64,000 nucleotides of DNA from Balanoglossus misakiensis (taxonomy: Eukaryota; Animalia; Hemichordata): positions 6,277,097-6,341,096 of the forward strand of contig CM082598.2 of the NCBI GenBank assembly GCA_040954595.2, given 5' to 3'. The notes under the pieces are model-generated. The model worked only from the letters and a program-made list of their open reading frames with translations, searched no databases and was not told where the DNA came from. Each line of letters begins with the position of its first letter. Positions within the stretch are counted from its first letter, which is position 1. The translations under genes were made by a program, and so were the position numbers. This document shows positions 1 through 13,798 of the stretch, piece by piece.

Positions 1-28
1 GCCCCTGCAATGCTGCTTGTAAGTTTAA

Positions 29-1528
29 CACTTTCACTGCGTAGTTAATATATGCTAATGTATTCCTGTGCGTAGTTTCCTATGGTAAATTTAACTAATA
101 AACAATGTTTTACTTTACCATCTCTCTCTCTTGTAATATGAAAGTATATGCAATGATATTTCCAGCAAGTATATTTTATAAGACAACCAACATAATAAAA
201 CTGAAAAATGGTCACATGACCATTAATTGGTCATGTGACACTGGCGGCCATAATGGATTTCTGTCGAAATATGGTAAAAACAACAGATATTGTAATATAA
301 GTGACTGAAATACTGTATTTAATTCATTGTATCACAGCTGACAGACAAAAATAGTCAAAAACAACTTCCCCCTGTATAAAAGGGAATAACAAGTGACTTT
401 TGAGCAAGAAATTTGATCAAATTTATTAATGGACCATAAAAAGAATTATCAAATCATGCCCACCATTTACATGTATACATGTTTAAAATCTGAGAAAGAA
501 ATAGAGTTTATTAGTGAAAAGGTGAATGATTGAATTTGTAAATAAATAATAATAATAAAATAAATTCATTAAGTAATTTATTAAATACTCTACGTTTTAA
601 TGAATTGCAAGTTGAAGAAATCAAGATTGGTAAATATGAATATACACACATTTAAAAAAAAATTCATTAGCATAGTACTGTTTTGGCAATTCATTTCAAA
701 TGGATATAATACTCTGACAACATAGACTTCTGGCAAAGTCCCATCATGATTTGCAAAGAAACCTACGCCTTCATTTAATTCAGTGAAGTAGGCATCTAGC
801 GAAATCTTGACCGGAAGGGCAACTCATCAATTGCAGGGTTGTCAAAAAATTGTGCGGTGTACATATCAGTTTGCTCTGACAATGACATCAACTCAAACAC
901 ATCAGCACGAAAGAACAGCTGAAAAAAGTCAACGGGTGCAAAGTCATCAGTGTCAACTAATAAACCTTAGCGATGATCGTATACAGATAACCAGTCCGGT
1001 GTGTAATTGTCATTTACGTCATACAAAACCCACCGCGTGTCACCATCAGCGTTACGACGTCCGAGAACATAGCAAAAACCCTCCCTCTCTCTCTGTCTCT
1101 ACTCTGTTTTCTCCGTGTCTAGCTTCTATTTCTGGTTCTATGATGTTGTTGTCCGTAATATGGCTTCCGCTATCGCTATGATCGCTGTCACTATCCTGAA
1201 AGACTTGTTCAAGAACTTCGTCGGCATCAAACTTTGCCCGTGTCGCCATTTTTAAATACCAAGTGAATGAAAAAATATGATCGGGGTGACCTAAAATCAA
1301 GTGGAATAAGGAAACCCTTTGATGACAAAATCGACTTGATTGTTTACAATACATATGCGCATGCTCAATTAGGGTTGACCCCTGTCCTATATAAAGTCAT
1401 ACAAAATGAGTAAATACGCAACGAACATAAAATAGAACAGACCAAGTAACGGACGCGATCTTGGCGCATTTATGCGCCTTCCGCATTCTGACTGCCGGCG
1501 CAGAAAACGCCCTCCCGCAGCGAAAGTG
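29..1528 (-). mobile_element. Non-autonomous piggyBac-type DNA transposon (internally deleted)
   Basis: TTAA at 25-28 and 1529-1532. Inverted termini CACTTTCACTGCG (29-41) and CGCAGCGAAAGTG (1516-1528), 12/13 match. The minus strand holds a short acidic N-terminal remnant. Confidence 0.85.
1052..1249 (-). pseudogene. piggyBac-like transposase N-terminal remnant
   Basis: MATRAKFDADEVLEQVFQDSDSDHSDS resembles the acidic N-termini of piggyBac transposases. It lies inside the TTAA/TIR element, and no catalytic domain follows. Confidence 0.55.
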
Positions 1529-1532
1529 TTAA

Positions 1533-2962
1533 TTGTCTTCTTCATGACGGCCATATTGGATTTTCTGATAATTTCTACAAGTTGACATTTATTTTCAAAA
1601 CTGCAGGGCAAATCAATTACTAATTGACTGTCTGGTTCAAAGTTTGACAATAATATCATTAGTGGTCATGTGACTTTTGATGCCTTATTGGATTTTTGAA
1701 AATCTCATTAAAATTGTCATTTTTTTATCTAATCAAGTTTTCAAGTGAATTTTGATTGGTTAAATCTCATTGGAGCCAAATAAGATGTTCTAAACTCCGA
1801 TTAAAAACTAAATTTTCCTATTTTAGCCTATGCATTGATTGCATACAAATTCCTTTAATGGATACGAGTCACCATAAGACTAGAATATGTTACAATTTTT
1901 TGGCAACTTTCACATGTCCTTTGATCCAACCTTTTTCAACACCTAATAATACAAATTTTTGGCAACTTTCATTTGTCTTTTGATCCAGATCTTTCAGAAC
2001 TTAATGAAAGCTTATTGAAGCCAAATTGGATTTTATGAATTCTGATTAAAAACTAACATTTCCTTATTCTGGGCTACTCATTGATTGCACACCAATTCTT
2101 TTTATAGATACGAGTCTTCATATGACCAGAATACATTGCATTTTTTTTGGCAACTTTCGCATGTATTTTGATCCAGTTTTATTTCAGAACTTAATTATTT
2201 GTGGATGTGCCTCTTGTTGAAAAGCACAACAGTGATGATTTTTGTCACATTAATATTACTGCTGCCAGGACATTACCCAAATATTTTGATAATTTTGGCA
2301 TTGAACTTCGTTCAACATTTGGCACCTGTTTTCTTTTCTGAATATCTTATTGCGGCAAGACTAGTAGCACTAGAGGTTTGGTTTTGATGTATATGGACAA
2401 GTATGGGACTTAGGTATTTTTGTTACATTTGGAATCCACTGGACCAATGTTGACCTTATTAAATATGTGCATATCTAATGCTGAGCTTACCCACATTGTT
2501 ACAGGTTGAATTTTTTATGAACATGCTCTACTATTGGACTTAATTTTTTTGCTGAATTTCTTGACCAATGATAATCTTATAAATATGTGCTTACGTAATT
2601 GTAGACTAGACAATGAAGCTTTGAGTCTTGGTTTCCTTGAACATTGACCACTATGCAATCAAAATTTTTTTTGATGGCTTTGGTTACTTTTAACCTATTT
2701 TTCCATGCCTTGGCATGCACAGCAGATAACGCCTTAAAATTTTGAAGGCTGGAGCGCCTAATAACCAGGTTAACCAATAGAGCCAGAAGTCTTGTTTTTC
2801 ATTTTACACTGATCATTTTGGAAGAAAAAATTGTTGACAATTTTGGGTGAGCTCTTGGTGACCTTTGATCAACTTTCCTATAAACATAGCAGATACAGCA
2901 TTGGCACTCTCTGGTATCCATAGGAACTGCTTAGACCTAGCCAATGTTGGTTGCACCTTAAT
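1533..2962 (+). mobile_element. Degenerate Helentron-associated (HINE-like) element
   Basis: Shares internal motifs with the 3043-4426 copy (GGCCATATTGGATTT, GACCTTTGA, CTAGAGGTTTGGTTTT). Ends in CCAATGTTGGTTGCACCTTAATT, a variant of the family's 3' terminus. Confidence 0.5.
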
Positions 2963-3042
2963 TTTTTTTAATTAATTGACCATATGCACCCCTTGACCCA
3001 CAGTACGTTGTGTTGGGCTGGCTTGCCACATTAATGCTATCA

Positions 3043-4426
3043 TTAGGGGCACAAGCCAGGCCAGGTAGATCTGGAAAACCGCAGCACCTATGGGGCTGAA
3101 ACTTGGTATGGTGATAGGGGCCAATGAGTAGACCTACAGGGGCCGTGAATATTTAATAAGTCACGTGACCTGGCGGCCATATTGGATTTTCCGAAAACCG
3201 TTAAATGACTCCTCAAAAACTACTGGGCCAATCGAGTTCAAATTTTGTGTGCAGGTAGCCTACCTTCTGTCCATAATTTTACCCTATTGAAATCATGATG
3301 GCAAATATAAAGTTTTTTTGCTACAATTTTTTTTCTGAAAAACTACTTAAAACTTGAAAAATCTTCTTCTCCAGAAGCAGTGATCGCCGAGTTATGGGAT
3401 TTGGGGTTTGCGGTCACCTAACCTATGTCTTTCAAGTTTGCGAAGTGCACTGTGATTGGTTGATCATTATGGCGGCCATATTGGATTTCCAGAAAACCAT
3501 TGAAAATGTAAATTCCGTTTTATAGCCAAAATGTTGACACCACGGAAATTATTTTTGTGGATATAAGTCATCATATGACCGGAACTTGTCACAATTTTGG
3601 GGGGCAATTTTCACATGACCTTTGACCCAGTTTTAAACCAACTAATTATATATGCATATTCCCCATACCACCTCTTGTAAAAGCACTACAGTCATGAATT
3701 TTGTGGACATGGGTACCAATGCTGTCAGGACATGACACAACTATTTTGGCAATGACCTTTGACCTATTTCTGAAACATCATTTTTCTGCATATCTAAATC
3801 CAGGCTAACCAATAGGGCTCCAGGTCTGGTTTTTGTTGGACATGGCCCACTATGGGGTCAAACTTTTATGCCCAAATTTTGGGTGACCTTTGACCTACTT
3901 TCCCATATCTCAGCATCCAGAGCAGTTACAGTCCTGGCTATTGGGGGATTGACCACCTAATAGAGTCTTACACAATACCTCATTAATTATGTGCATATCT
4001 TATTCCAAGCTAACCAACAGGGCTAGAGGTTTGGTTTTTGTTGGTTAAGGACATGTGTGGTGTCAAAATGTTTTGCTCAAATTTTGGTGACCTCAGGTGA
4101 CCTTTGACCTTCTTCCCTATATCTCGGCATCCAGACAGGATAGAGCCTTGGCTTTTGGAGGGATTGAACACCTTTTGGAGTCTTTTATGTTACCTCATTA
4201 ATTATGCACATATCTAATTCCAGGCTAACCAATAGGGCTAGAGGTTTGTTTTTTGTTGGTCATGGACAAGTATGGTGTCAAAATGTTTTGCCCAAATTTG
4301 GGTGAACGCAGGTGACCTTTGACCTACTTTCCCATATCTTGGTATCCACAGCAGATACAGCTTTGGGATTCGCCGGTTACCATGGGAACCGTTTGTGCCC
4401 CACCAACGCTGCTTGCAGCTTTAATT
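3043..4426 (+). mobile_element. Helentron-associated non-autonomous element (HINE-like)
   Basis: 5' TTAGGGGCACAA and 3' subterminal inverted copy TTGTGCCCC, followed by hairpin GCTGC-TT-GCAGC and TTTAATT. Contains ~205-220-bp internal direct repeats at ~3760-4340. Confidence 0.7.
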
Positions 4427-4529
4427 ATCATTGATTTCATGTATTTAATTCTTTCATTCTTTTTTCTTCTGTAGGTCCCACCGGTACTCTTCTTCTTCTC
4501 TCTCTCTTTCTTTCTTTCTTTCTCTTTTT

Positions 4530-5150
4530 TCTCTCTTCTCTTTTTTTCCCTGTAGGCCCCAATGGTAACACCATAATCAACCTACTAACGTAAAATTTGA
4601 TGGATAAGTGGAGCGGAGTGTCAACCATAGTCAACCTACTAATATAAACTTTGATGGATGGATGGAGCGGAGCGTCAACCATAGTCAACCTACTAATATT
4701 AAACTTTGATGGATGGATGGAGCGGAGCGTCAACCATAGTCAACCTACTAAATATAAACTTGATGGATGGATGGGATGGAGCGTCAACCATAGTCAACCT
4801 GCTAAAATATAAACTTTGATGGATGGATGGGCCCATGGAGCATCAACTTAAACGATGGAGAAGTGGAAGGATGGAGAAGAAGAGTTTTTTTTCTCTTTTT
4901 TCTCTTTTTTTTCCTGTAGGGCTCACTGGTAACACCATAATCAACCTACTAACGTAAAATTTGATGGATGGATGGATGGAGCGGAGTGTCAACCATAGTC
5001 AACCTACTAATATTAAACTTGGATGGATGGATGGGGTGGAGCGTCAACCATAGTCAACCTGCTAAAATATAAACTTTGAAGAATGGATGGTGCCGTGGAG
5101 CGTCAACTTAAAGGATGGAGAAGTGGAAGGATTGAGAAGTGGAGTTTCAA
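4530..5150 (+). repeat. ~60-bp minisatellite in two duplicated blocks
   Basis: About 8 copies of CAACCATAGTCAACCTACTAA...AAACTTTGATGGATGGATGGAGCGGAGCGT. Block ~4530-4890 is repeated at ~4890-5150. Confidence 0.85.
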
Positions 5151-5279
5151 CATAATAAACCTATTGACCGAAATTATGAGGTAGAGTTATATAGGAGTAC
5201 AAAACGAAGTGATCATAATATAAAACTTAATAGTCCAATAAATCAGGTTAATAATTGGTAGTGATTACTTATGCTAAAC

Positions 5280-5800
5280 TAAGGTTAACAGCAATGGCTT
5301 TGTGCAGGGTATGATAATAGGTTCATAAATGTGTATGGTATAATGAAGGCGAACAAATATGAATGGTTTAATAAAAGGGTTACAAATGTGATGATGGCTT
5401 ATGGTAAAATTTGAGTGTACACAGGTTATAAAGGGGTAACAGAGGTTGCTTGTATGAAGGGAATGATTATAGGGTAACAAATGTGACTGGTATAAAAGGG
5501 TATAATAATGGGTTTATAATATGATGATGGCTTGTGTACACAGGTTATAATGGGTATATGAATGAGAAGGGTATAATAAATGGTGATAACTGTGTCGGGT
5601 TTAATAAAGGTAACAATCATGGAAGTGTATAATAACGATTAATAATTGCGGTGATGGCTTATGGTGATATTAAGTATACAAGGGTGTTAATATTGATGAT
5701 GATGACAGAGGTATAATAATGATATAACATTAAATACAAGGGTGTTAATATTGATGATGATGACAGAGGTATAATAATGATATAACATTAAATAAGTGTC
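5280..5800 (+). repeat. Degenerate low-complexity (GGGT-ATAAT) repeats, including a ~58-bp tandem duplication
   Basis: Recurrent GGTATAATAA/GGGTAACA motifs. TACAAGGGTGTTAATATTGATGATGATGACAGAGGTATAATAATGATATAACATTAAA occurs twice at ~5676-5792. Confidence 0.65.
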
Positions 5801-5904
5801 CAGGGTCTAATAATCATGTTGGTTCATTCATTGGTTAATGTGTATATTTTATGAATAACATGCTATTATTTCTCAGATAGATAATACTCGTCAGCATCGT
5901 TATT

Positions 5905-6030
5905 CGGTGGAATTTCTCTCAACGGTACCCGTGATCGTATTCGCGCATCAACACATTGTACGCGACTGACAGGCAGAAAATGTTAGGTTAGCTAAACCTC
6001 CCCACCCCATCCAAATTCCAAATTTAGCTT
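5905..6030 (+). repeat. Dispersed repeat, copy 1 (paralogous to 13799-13967)
   Basis: GGAATT..GGTACCyGTGATC..TTCGCGCA..ACACA..GTACGCG...TGTTAGGTTAGCT..CCCCACCC..AAATTCCA.ATTTAGCTT is shared with 13799-13967. Confidence 0.75.
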
Positions 6031-7011
6031 AGATCATGGGGTGAGAGGAGGAGAGGACAGTTTTTTTTTCCTCTTTTGTAACTGGTCTGAGGTTTTTAAC
6101 TGCCCTTTAGGCGCGTAAATTAGATATGTAATCATACAAGTAGTTATCTTGCTTTATTTTTAAACAATTATGATAGAGCTCTGCGAGATTATGTACACGA
6201 TAGTGTGTTATATAATGCTAAGGTAAAAGTAAACTTAACCCACTAACCCATCACTCTATTGTGTGCATAATTTGCAGGTGCTATTTTGACTGGCCCATTG
6301 TCACAGTTCAACCACATGACACCTTGTTTCAAAAAGAGCAGAAACTATTTTTGTTAATTTCTTTCAGGTTAACTACATGACACATTGTTTCAAATTGGCC
6401 TGCAAGATATACTACTTGAACCTCCGCCCCCCTCCAGCCCCCTCCCCCCCCCCCCAAAAATAAAAATAAAAATTAGGGATTAATCAATCGCTATATTATG
6501 AACATTCACATGAAAATTATGCAACCAAATTTAGAGGTATTCTGGAGGCGTCTTCTGATGTCAGGTGGTTCAAATCCACCAATACCTAAGCTGGAAACAT
6601 AACTTTTCATTGGTGTTCATATATGGCGAATAAAACATGCATATTCATATTCTCAAATTTCAGAAATGAACAAATTGAAGTAGATTCTTTTCGATATGCC
6701 ATTATAAAGAAACTTTAATCCTATTTTACCCACTTTACTCAAAATGTTGTGTTTAAATTGCCCACAAGTAAGTCTTTTCTTATCTGCATATATTGTTAAC
6801 GTTTCCGCAAAGTGTACAACTGCATGTATTGTGATCAGTATTGTGACATCTAAGGAGAACGGGAACTGGTCAGAGAACTGGGATATGGGAGCAGACAAAC
6901 TGAGTTGTTGGAAATTCAAAGAGACTAATTTGCACTTTTCCACATTTTCTTGAAATCTGACTAGGAGCTAAATAAGGCACCATACAGAAAGGTCATTCTG
7001 TCACATAGTCA

Positions 7012-7050
7012 TAGTCCAGTGGTTAGACGATCATGGGTTCGAACCCTGGC
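7012..7050 (+). other. tRNA-derived fragment (Pol III A and B boxes, internally shortened)
   Basis: TAGTCCAGTGG (A-box-like, 7012-7022) and GGTTCGAACCC (B box, 7036-7046). The spacing is too short for a full cloverleaf. Confidence 0.5.
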
Positions 7051-10000
7051 ACTTTGACATGGGTATAAAATGTGTATAGGGGGGATTTAAAGTTGTCTGT
7101 AAATCCCTGGATTAATACGTGGCGGAAAGCACTGTACTTTGACATTGCTAATGCAACGATGACATTGAATGTGATACTTTGCATTAGGGTAAATGGTGAA
7201 GCGTGCTTGATAATGCATCAAGGTCAATGGTGATGCAAGCTCTGCACTTTGACTTGGGTATAAAATTCATGCAGAGAGATTAACATGGGTATAAAATGCA
7301 TACATGGGTATTTAAAGTTGACTGTAAATCCCTGGGTTAATACATGGCCAAAAGCACTGTACTTTGACATTGCTAATGCAACAATGACATTGAATCTGAT
7401 TCTTTGCATCAGGGTAAATGGCGAGGCAAGGTTGATGATGCATCAGGGTAGATAGTAATGCAAGCTCTGCACTTTGACATGGGTATAAAATGCCTATAGG
7501 GGGATTTAAAGTTGTCTGTAAATCCTCAGGTTAATACGTGGCGGAAAGCACTGTACTTTGACATTGCATATGCAATGGTGACATTGAATGTGATTCTTTG
7601 CATTAGGGCAAATGGCAAAGCAAGCTCAATGATGCATCAGAGTAGATGGTGATGGAAACACTTCACTTTGACATGGGTATTAAATGCATATGGGGATTCC
7701 AAGTTGATGATAAATCCCTGGGTTAATACATGTCCAAAAGCACTGTACTTTGACATTGCTAATGCAACGATGACATTGAATCTGATTCTTTGCATCGGGG
7801 TAAATGGCGAAGCAAGGTTAATGACGCATCTGGGTAGATAGTGATGCAATCACTTCACTTTGACATGGGTATTAAATGCATATGGGGATTTCAAGTTGAT
7901 GATAAATCCCTGGGTTAATTCGTGTCCAAAAGCACTGTACCTAGACATTGCTAATGCAACAATGACATTGAATCTGATTCTTTGCATCAGGGTAAATGGC
8001 GAAGCAAGCTTGATGATGCATCTGGGTAGATGGTGTTTCAAGCCCTTCACTTTGACATTGGAATATAATGCATATGTGGATTTAAAGTTGATAGTAAATC
8101 CCCAGTTTAATACGTGTCCAAAAGCACTGTACTTTGACATTGCTAATGCAACGATGACATAGAATCTGATTCTTTGCATCAGGGTAAATGGCGTGGCAAG
8201 CTTTATGATGCATCAGGGTAGATAGTGATGCACACACTTCACTTTGACATGGGTATTAAATGCATATGGGGATTTCAAGTTGATGATAGATCCCTGGGTT
8301 AATACGTGTCCAAAAGCACTGTACTTTGACATTGCTAATGCAACAATGACATTGAATCTGATTCTTTGCATCAGGGTAAATGGCGAGGCAAGGTTGATGA
8401 TGCATCAGGGTAGATAGTAATGCAAGCTCTGCACTTTGACATGGGTATAAAATGCCTATAGGGGGATTTAAAGTTGTCTGTAAATCCCTGGGTTAATACG
8501 TGGCGGAAAGCACTGTACTTTGACATTGCTAATGCAACGATGACATTGAATCTGATTATTTGCATCAGGGTAAATGGCGAAGCAAGGTTGATGATGCATC
8601 AGGGTAGATAGTGATGCAAGCTCTGCACTTTGACATGGGTATAAAATGCCTATAGGGGGATTTAAAGTTGTCTGTAAATCCCCAGGTTAATACGTGGCGG
8701 AAAGCACTGTACTTTGACATTGCTAATGCAATGGTGACATTGAATGTGATTCTTTGCATTAGGGCAAATGGCGAAGCAAGCTCAATGATGCATCAGAGTA
8801 GATGGTGATGCACACACTTCACTTTGACATGGGTATAAAATGCCTACAGGGGGATTTAAAGTTGTCTGTAAATCCCCAGGTTAATACGTGGCGGAAAGCT
8901 CTGTACTTTGACATTACTAATGCAATGGTGACATTGAATGAGATTCTTTGCATTAAGGCAAATGGCGAAGCAAGCTCAATGATGCATCAGAGTATCAAGT
9001 TGATGATAGATCCCTGGGTTAATACATGTCCAAAAGCACTGTACTTTGACATTGCTAATGCAACAATGACATTGAATCTGATTCTTTGCATCGGGGTAAA
9101 TGGCGAAGCAAGGTTGATGATGCATCTGGGTAGATAGAGATGCAAACACTTCACTTTGACATGGGTATTAAATGCATATGGGGATTTCAAGTTGTTGAAA
9201 AATCTGTGGGTTAATACGTGTCCAATAGCACTGTACTTTGACATTGCTAATGCAACGATGACATAGAATCTGATTCTTTGCATCAGGGTAAATGGCGTGG
9301 CAAGCTTTATGATGCATCAGGGTAGATAGTGATGCACACACTTCACTTTGACATGGGTATTAAATGCATATGGGGATTTCAAGTTGATGATAGATCCCTG
9401 GGTTAATACGTGTCCAAAAGCACTGTACTTTGACATTGCTAATGCAACAATGACATTGAATCTGATTCTTTGCATCAGGGTAAATGGCGAGGCAAGGTTG
9501 ATGATGCATCAGGGTAGATAGTAATGCAAGCTCTGCACTTTGACATGGGTATAAAATGCCTATAGGGGGATTTAAAGTTGTCTGTAAATCCCTGGGTTAA
9601 TACGTGGCGGAAAGCACTGTACTTTGACATTGCTAATGCAACGATGACATTGAATCTGATTATTTGCATCAGGGTAAATGGCGAAGCAAGGTTGATGATG
9701 CATCAGGGTAGATAGTGATGCAAGCTCTGCACTTTGACATGGGTATAAAATGCCTATAGGGGGATTTAAAGTTGTCTGTAAATCCCCAGGTTAATACGTG
9801 GCGGAAAGCACTGTACTTTGACATTGCTAATGCAATGGTGACATTGAATGTGATTCTTTGCATTAGGGCAAATGGCGAAGCAAGCTCAATGATGCATCAG
9901 AGTAGATGGTGATGCAAACACTTCACTTTGACATGGGTATTAAATGCATATGGGGATTTCAAGTTGTTGAAAAATCCGTAGGTTAATACGTGTCGAAAAG

Positions 10001-13000
10001 CACTGTACTTTGACATTGCTAATGTAACGATGACATTGAATCTGATTCTTTGCATCAGGGTAAATGGCGAAGCAAGCTTTATGATGCATCAGAGTAGATG
10101 GTGATGCATGCTCTGCACTTTGACATAGGTTTTCAATGCATATGCATGGGTATTTAAAGTTGACTGTAAATCCCTGGGTTAATACATGGCCAAAAGCACT
10201 GAAGTAGCTAATGCATCAGTGATTTTAATTCTGATCTTTTGCATCAGGGTAAAAGGCGAAGCAAGCTTGATGATGCATCTGGGTAGATGGTGTTTCAAGC
10301 CCTTCACTTTGACATTGGAATATAATGCATATGTGGATTTAAAGTTGATAGTAAATCCCCAGTTTAATACGTGTCCAAAAGCACAGTACTTTGACATTGC
10401 TAATGCAACGATGACATTGAATCTGATTCTTTGCATCAGGGTAAATGGCGTGGCAAGCTTTATGATGCATCAGGGTAGATAGTGATGCACACACTTCACT
10501 TTGACATGGGTATTAAATGCATATGGGGATTTCAAGTTGATGATAAATCCCTGGGTTAATACGTGTCCAAAAGCACTGTATTTTGACATTGCTAATGCAA
10601 CGATGACATTGAATCTGATTCTTTGCATCAGGGTAAATGGCGAAGCAAGCTTTATGATGCATCAGGGTAGATATGCAAACACTTCACTTTGACATGGGTA
10701 TTAAATGCATATGGGGATTTCAAGTTGATGATAAATCCCTGGGTTAATACGTGTCCAAAAGCACTGTACCTTGACATTGCTAATGCAACAATGACATTGA
10801 ATCTGATTCTTTGCATCAGGGCAAATGGCGAAGCAAGGTTGATGATGCATCTGGGTAGATAGTGATGCAAACACTTCACTTTGACATGGGTATTAAATGC
10901 ATATGGGGATTTCAAGTTGTTGAAAAATCTGTGGGTTAATACGTGTCCAATAGCACTGTACTTTGACATTGCTAATGCAACGATGACATAGAATCTGATT
11001 CTTTGCATCAGGGTAAATGGCGTGGCAAGCTTTATGATGCATCAGGGTAGATAGTGATGCACACACTTCACTTTGACATGGGTATTAAATGCATATGGGG
11101 ATTTCAAGTTGATGATAGATCCCTGGGTTAATACGTGTCCAAAAGCACTGTACTTTGACATTGCTAATGCAACGATGACATTGAATCTGATTATTTGCAT
11201 CAGGGTAAATGGCGAAGCAAGGTTGATGATGCATCAGGGTAGATAGTGATGCAAGCTGTGCACTTTGACATGGGTATAAAATGCCTATAGGGGGATTTAA
11301 AGTTGTCTGTAAATCCCTGGGTTAATACGTGGCGGAAAGCACTGTACTTTGACATTGCTAATGCAACGATGACATTGAATCTGATTATTTGCATCAGGGT
11401 AAATGGCGAAGCAAGGTTGATGATGCATCAGGGTAGATAGTGATGCAAGCTCTGCACTTTGACATGGGTATAAAATGCCTATAGGGGGATTTAAAGTTGT
11501 CTGTAAATCCCCAGGTTAATACGTGGCGGAAAGCACTATACTTTGACATTGCTAATGCAATGGTGACATTGAATGTGATTCTTTGCATTAGGGCAAATGG
11601 CGAAGCAAGCTCAATGATGCATCAGAGTAGATGGTGATGCAAACACTTCACTTTGACATGGGTATTAAATGCATATGGGGATTTCAAGTTGTTGAAAAAT
11701 CCGTAGGTTAATACGTGTCCAAAAGCACTGTACTTTGACATTGCTAATGCAACGATGACATTGAATCTGATTCTTTGCATCAGGGTAAATGGCGAAGCAA
11801 GCTTTATGATGCATCAGAGTAGATGGTGATGCAAGCTCTGCACTTTGACATAGGTTTTCAATGCATATGCATGGGTATTTAAAGTTGACTGTAAATCCCT
11901 GGGTTAAAACATGGCCAAAAGCACTGAAGTAGCTAATGCATCAGTGATTTTAATTCTGATCTTTTGCATCAGGGTAAAAGGCGAAGCAAGCTTGATGATG
12001 CATCTGGGTAGATGGTGTTTCAAGCCCTTCACTTTGACATTGGAATATAATGCATATTTGGATTTAAAGTTGATTGTAAATCCCCAGTTTAATACGTGTC
12101 CAAAAGCACTGTACTTTGACATTGCTAATGCAACGATGACATTGAATCTGATTCTTTGCATCAGGGTAAATGGCGTGGCAAGCTTTATGATGCATCAGGG
12201 TAGATAGTGATGCACACACTTCACTTTGACATTGGTATTAAATGCATATGGGGATTTCAAGTTGATGATAAATCCCTGGGTTAATACGTGTCCAAAAGCA
12301 CTGTACTTTGACATTGCTAATGCAATGATGACATTGAATCTGATTCTTTGCATCAGGGTAAATGGCGAAGCAAGCTTTATGATGCATCAGGGTAGATAGT
12401 AATGCAAACACTTCACTTTGACATGGGTATTAAATGCATATGGGGATTTTAAGTTGATGATAAATCCCTGGGTTAATACGTGTCCAAAAGCACTATACTT
12501 TGACATTGCTAATGCAACGATTACATTGAATCTGATTCTTTGCATCAAGGTAAATGGCGAAGCAAGCTTTATGATGCATCAGGGTAGATATGCACACACT
12601 TCACTTTGACATGGGTATTAAATGCATATGGGGATTTCAAGTTGATGATAAATCCCTGGGTTAATAAGTGTCCAAAAGCACTGTACCTAGACATTGCTAA
12701 TGCAACAATGACATTGAATCTGATTCTTTGCATCAGGGTAAATGGCGTGGCAAGCTTTATGATGCATCAGGGTAGATAGTGATGCACACACTTCACTTTG
12801 ACATGGGTATTAAATGCATATGGGGATTTCAAGTTGTTGAAAAATCTGTGGGTTAATACATGTCCAAAAGCACTGTACTTTGACATTGCTAATGCAACGA
12901 TGACATTGAATCTGATTCTTTGCATCAGGGTAAATGGCGTGGCAAGCTTTATGATGCATCAGGGTAGATATGCAAACACTTCACTTTGACATGGGTATTA

Positions 13001-13797
13001 AATGCATATGGGGATTTCAAGTTGATGATAGATCCCTGGGTTAATAAGTGTCCAAAAGCACTGTACCTAGACATTGCTAATGCAACAATGACATTGAATC
13101 TGATTCTTTGCATCAGGGTAAATGGCGAAGCAAGGTTGATGATGCATCTGGGTAGATAGTGACGCAAACACTTCACTTTGACATGGGTATTAAATGCATA
13201 TGGGGATTTCAAGTTGTTGAAAAATCTGTGGGTTAATACATGTCCAAAAGCACTGTACTTTGACATTGCTAATGCAACGATGACATTGAATCTGATTCTT
13301 TGCATCAGGGTAAATGGCGTGGCAAGCTTTATGATGCATCAGGGTAGATATGCAAACACTTCACTTTGACATGGGTATTAAATGCATATGGGGATTTCAA
13401 GTTGATGATAGATCCCTGGGTTAATACGTGTCCAAAAGCTCTGTACTTTGACATTGCTAATGCAACGATGACATTGAATCTGATTCTTTGCATCAGGGTA
13501 AATGGCGAAGCAAGGTTGATGATGCATCAGGGTAGATAGTGATGCAAGCTCTGCACTTTGACATGGGTATAAAATGCCTACAGGGGGATTTAAAGTTGTC
13601 TGTAAATCCCCAGGTTAATACGTGGCGGAAAGCACTGTACTTTGACATTGCTAATGCAATGGTGACATTGAATGTGATTCTTTGCATTAGGGCAAATGGC
13701 GAGGCAAGCTCAATGATGCATCAGAGTAGATGGTGATGCAAACACTTCACTTTGACATGGGTATTAAATGCATATGGGGATTTCAAGTTGTTGAAAA
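7049..13797 (+). repeat. ~190-194-bp tandem satellite, about 35 monomers, several subtypes, with a 1725-bp higher-order duplication
   Basis: Monomer GCACTTTGACATGGGT...AAAGCACTGTACTTTGACATTGCTAATGCAACGATGACATTGAATCTGATTCTTTGCATCAGGGTAAATGGCG.... Equivalent ORFs recur at 194-bp spacing (8371/8565) and 1725-bp spacing (9475/11200, 10179/11904). Confidence 0.97.
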
Positions 13798-13798
13798 T

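Noticed and set aside
7005-7050. Functional tRNA gene
   Set aside because: The anticodon arm and acceptor stem are missing; only box motifs remain.
7224-13736. Many similar ORFs (MQRIRFNVIVALAMSKYSAF..., MTWVLNAYGDF...) suggesting a gene family
   Set aside because: They are translations of the ~192-bp satellite on both strands, with frames broken inconsistently between monomers.
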